A DNA stretch of 64,000 nucleotides from Octopus sinensis. Taxonomy: Eukaryota. A program made the position numbers and the translations under genes. Shown here one piece after another: positions 61,590 to 64,000 of the stretch (position 1 is its first letter; each line of letters begins with the position of its first letter). The DNA lies in NCBI RefSeq assembly GCF_006345805.1, contig NC_043024.1, positions 8,866,001 to 8,930,000 on the forward strand, in the 5' to 3' direction. The notes below the pieces were generated by a model. It did no database searches and was not told the origin of the DNA. It was given only the letters and a program-made list of their open reading frames with translations.

Positions 61590-62390
61590 GTTATGATGGT
61601 CAAAGGGAGAGTCACAGCAGAATATATCAATGGCAAAGTAGACCTAAATAAGATACAGTTTGGCTTCATACCCAGAAGAGATACCAGTAATGCAATCTTC
61701 CTAGGAAGGCAACTTCAGGGGAAATACTTAGCTAAGAGTAAACCATTATTCCTAGCATTTGTTGACTTAGAGAAGAAGTTTTGACGGGTGCCACATACAG
61801 TAAACTGATGGTCATTAATAACAATATTAATGATGATGATGAAATTATTGTATACAGTGCTCAGGTGCACCACAACTTGTCAGAAAGTGCGTATAAAGTA
61901 TATGCAGTAATGTACAAATGCCTGGGAAGTGAACAGTGTATGAGTCAGATACATGCTTGCGTGTGTATGGAGGGGAGAAAATCAGGTGTAGTGTTGGCGA
62001 ATCTCAGGAAGCATGGAAGTTTTGAAGGATGCAGTGCTCCGACAACTAACAACTGATGCCAGCAGTTTGTTCCATACTTCAGCAACTCTTAGTGTGAAAA
62101 AATGTTTCCTAAAGTTTAAGGAAACTAGGTGTTGATAAACAGCAAGTGAAGGTTGTATAAGCCATTTACAAAGATGCAGTAAGTAAAATGAGAGTCAATG
62201 AGAACTTTGGTCTCTGCTAAGATGACTTCAAGTACTTTTGATTCCAGGTTTTGCTTGCACACCTGGAATTTTTTAAATTCTACTACAGATCCCACTATGA
62301 GAATATGGTCATCAGCATATATAGTAGTTTCCCAGGGCAGCCAATCTTAAATTAGAGCCCTAGGGGATATTAACAAATAGGAGAGGACTG
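61590..62390. pseudogene. RTE-type LINE RT relic, interrupted and partly inverted
   Basis: + strand QFGFIP...AIFLGRQLQ...AFVDLEK (61620-61790) and RKLGV...KDAVSKMRV (62110-62205); - strand SPLLF...YADD (62390-62206); a CR1-type 3' tail is inserted at ~61810-62100. Confidence 0.7.
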
Positions 62391-62802
62391 GGATCTTTTC
62401 AGTTTGAACGGCAGTTTTTATAGCGGTGTCATATGAAATTGTCACCCATATTATGACCCTAGTATCGATCTATTGCATTTCAATCTGTTTTAGGGTTAGG
62501 GGTGGGGGGGAAGGGTATCTGTTTTTCTTCACAAATGTAAATAAACCCAATCTGTTTCTTAAGCGAGGGAGATATTCATACGGCACAGAATGTTTTTTAC
62601 CTCAATAGACGTCACTGATTGGTTGAAATTGGAAAAATTGAAGAAAAAAAAAACAACAAATATCTTACAAACGATAGAATTTTCTCAATAAAGCCAAGAG
62701 AAAAAGATGTTTTATAAACACATTCTACCAGTATACGAAGTTTAAAATTTTTTAGTTACCTAGAAATTATGTTAAAAACTGCCGTTCAAACCAAAAAGAT
62801 CC
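62391..62802 (+). mobile_element. MITE, GGATCTTTTC-TIR family
   Basis: Both TIRs present. Confidence 0.85.
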
Positions 62803-62943
62803 TAACCTGGAACTAAACAACAGGAGAGATATGAATGCTCTTCTCAATACTGCTAAAGTGAGCAACAGGGCATTACAGCTCCAACTAAGGCAAATAACAT
62901 ACTCAACCTAGCCTTTACCAACAATACAAATTTCATTCACAAT

Positions 62944-63338
62944 CTTTTACTCTTTTACTTGTTTCAGTCATTTGACTGCGGCCATGCTGGAGCACCACCT
63001 TTAATCGAGCAACTCGACCCCGGTACTTATTCTTTTTGTAAGCCCAGTACTTATTCTATCGGTCTCTTTTGCCAAACCGCTAAGTAACGGGGACATAAAC
63101 ACACCAGCATCAGTTGTCAAGCAATGCTAGGGGGACAAACACAGACACACAAACATATATATATGTACATATACACAACGGGCTTCTTTCAGTTTTCGTC
63201 TACTAAATTCACTCACAAGGCTTTGGTCGGCCCGAGGCTATAGTAGAAGACACTTGCCCAAGGTGCCACGCAGTGGGACTGAACCCGGAACCATGTGGTT
63301 GGTAAGCAAGCTACTTACCACACATCCACTCCTGCGCC
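62944..63338 (-). mobile_element. SINE family A
   Basis: Full-length reverse copy. Confidence 0.85.
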
Positions 63339-63515
63339 AATGTTCAGGTTTAGACTTTGTATTCTCCATTGCACAATGTTCCTTTAATGAAAGTTTTTTT
63401 TTTTATAAGACACTTTTAGGTCCAGTTCAATACATGTGTATTTATATGTATAGCTTTTAAAATGCCCTGAAAATGAAATCAAGGTATGAAGAATTAACAA
63501 TAAAAATTAATTAAC

Positions 63516-63590
63516 CTTAACAATGTTTCTGGCGACATGATTGTAGAGTTGTGACAGTAGATCAGTTGCCTGCAAGTAATCATATTCAAC
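63516..63590 (-). CDS. TERT: TERT exon upstream of motif B'
   Basis: attcag|GTT; VEYDYLQATDLLSQLYNHVARNIVK; weak donor AAG|gttaat; phase 0 join gives ..NIVKINSRYYLQKVGISQG, like human ..HAVRIRGKSYVQCQGIPQG. Confidence 0.78.
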
Positions 63591-63862
63591 CTGAATAAAA
63601 AAACAAAAAAACAAATTAAAACATATATGTGTGTATTTATATGTGTGTATATATCTATGGGCATCTCTATGCTTACTATTACTCTCACCCCATCATGAGG
63701 AATAGTCGGAGTATCATTGAATAGAGAGAGAGGATCTAAGTGTGACACACTGAAATTAGTTTTCACATTTATTATATTAGATGTGTGTATGTGTGTGTAT
63801 ATATATCAAAAGAAAATTAACAATCATTAAAGCAACAACTATATATATATATATGTATATAT

Positions 63863-64000
63863 AGGTGTAGGAGTGGCTGTGTGGTAAGTAGCCTGCTTAC
63901 CGACCACATGGTCAGGGTTCAGTCCCACTACATGGCACCTTGGGCAAGTGTCTTCTACTGTAGCCTTGTGAGTGGATTTGGTAGACGGAAACTGAAAGAA
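63863..64000 (+). mobile_element. SINE family A head, truncated by window edge
   Basis: Sequence match. Confidence 0.8.

Overview
AT-rich animal genomic DNA, dense in microsatellites, SINEs, MITEs and Helitrons. The repeat landscape suggests an octopus/coleoid cephalopod (inference, not database-checked). Two convergent multi-exon genes can be rebuilt by hand with GT-AG junctions and consistent phases. (1) On +, a complete 5-exon DUF1295/steroid-5-alpha-reductase-like membrane protein gene (13331-31357; 777 nt, 258 aa). (2) On -, the 3' 11 exons of telomerase reverse transcriptase (TERT; 63590 down to 42878; 999 nt, 332 aa), covering RT motifs B', C, D, E and the C-terminal extension ending FKNVLD*; its 5' exons lie beyond the window. 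The rest is transposon-derived: at least four SINE families, a 5'-truncated CR1/L2-type LINE, RTE, Penelope-like, Gypsy, Tc1/mariner and piggyBac relics, non-autonomous Helitrons, several MITE families and long palindromes. The most unusual observations are short repeats carrying minimal hammerhead-ribozyme-like folds (one with an atypical core, one in the tail of a tRNA-headed SINE), a SINE family that recurs as head-plus-tandem-body arrays, and inverted SINE pairs bracketing in-frame TERT exon blocks. Exon coordinates were counted base by base; repeat boundaries are approximate. Most long ORFs in the supplied track are microsatellite artefacts.
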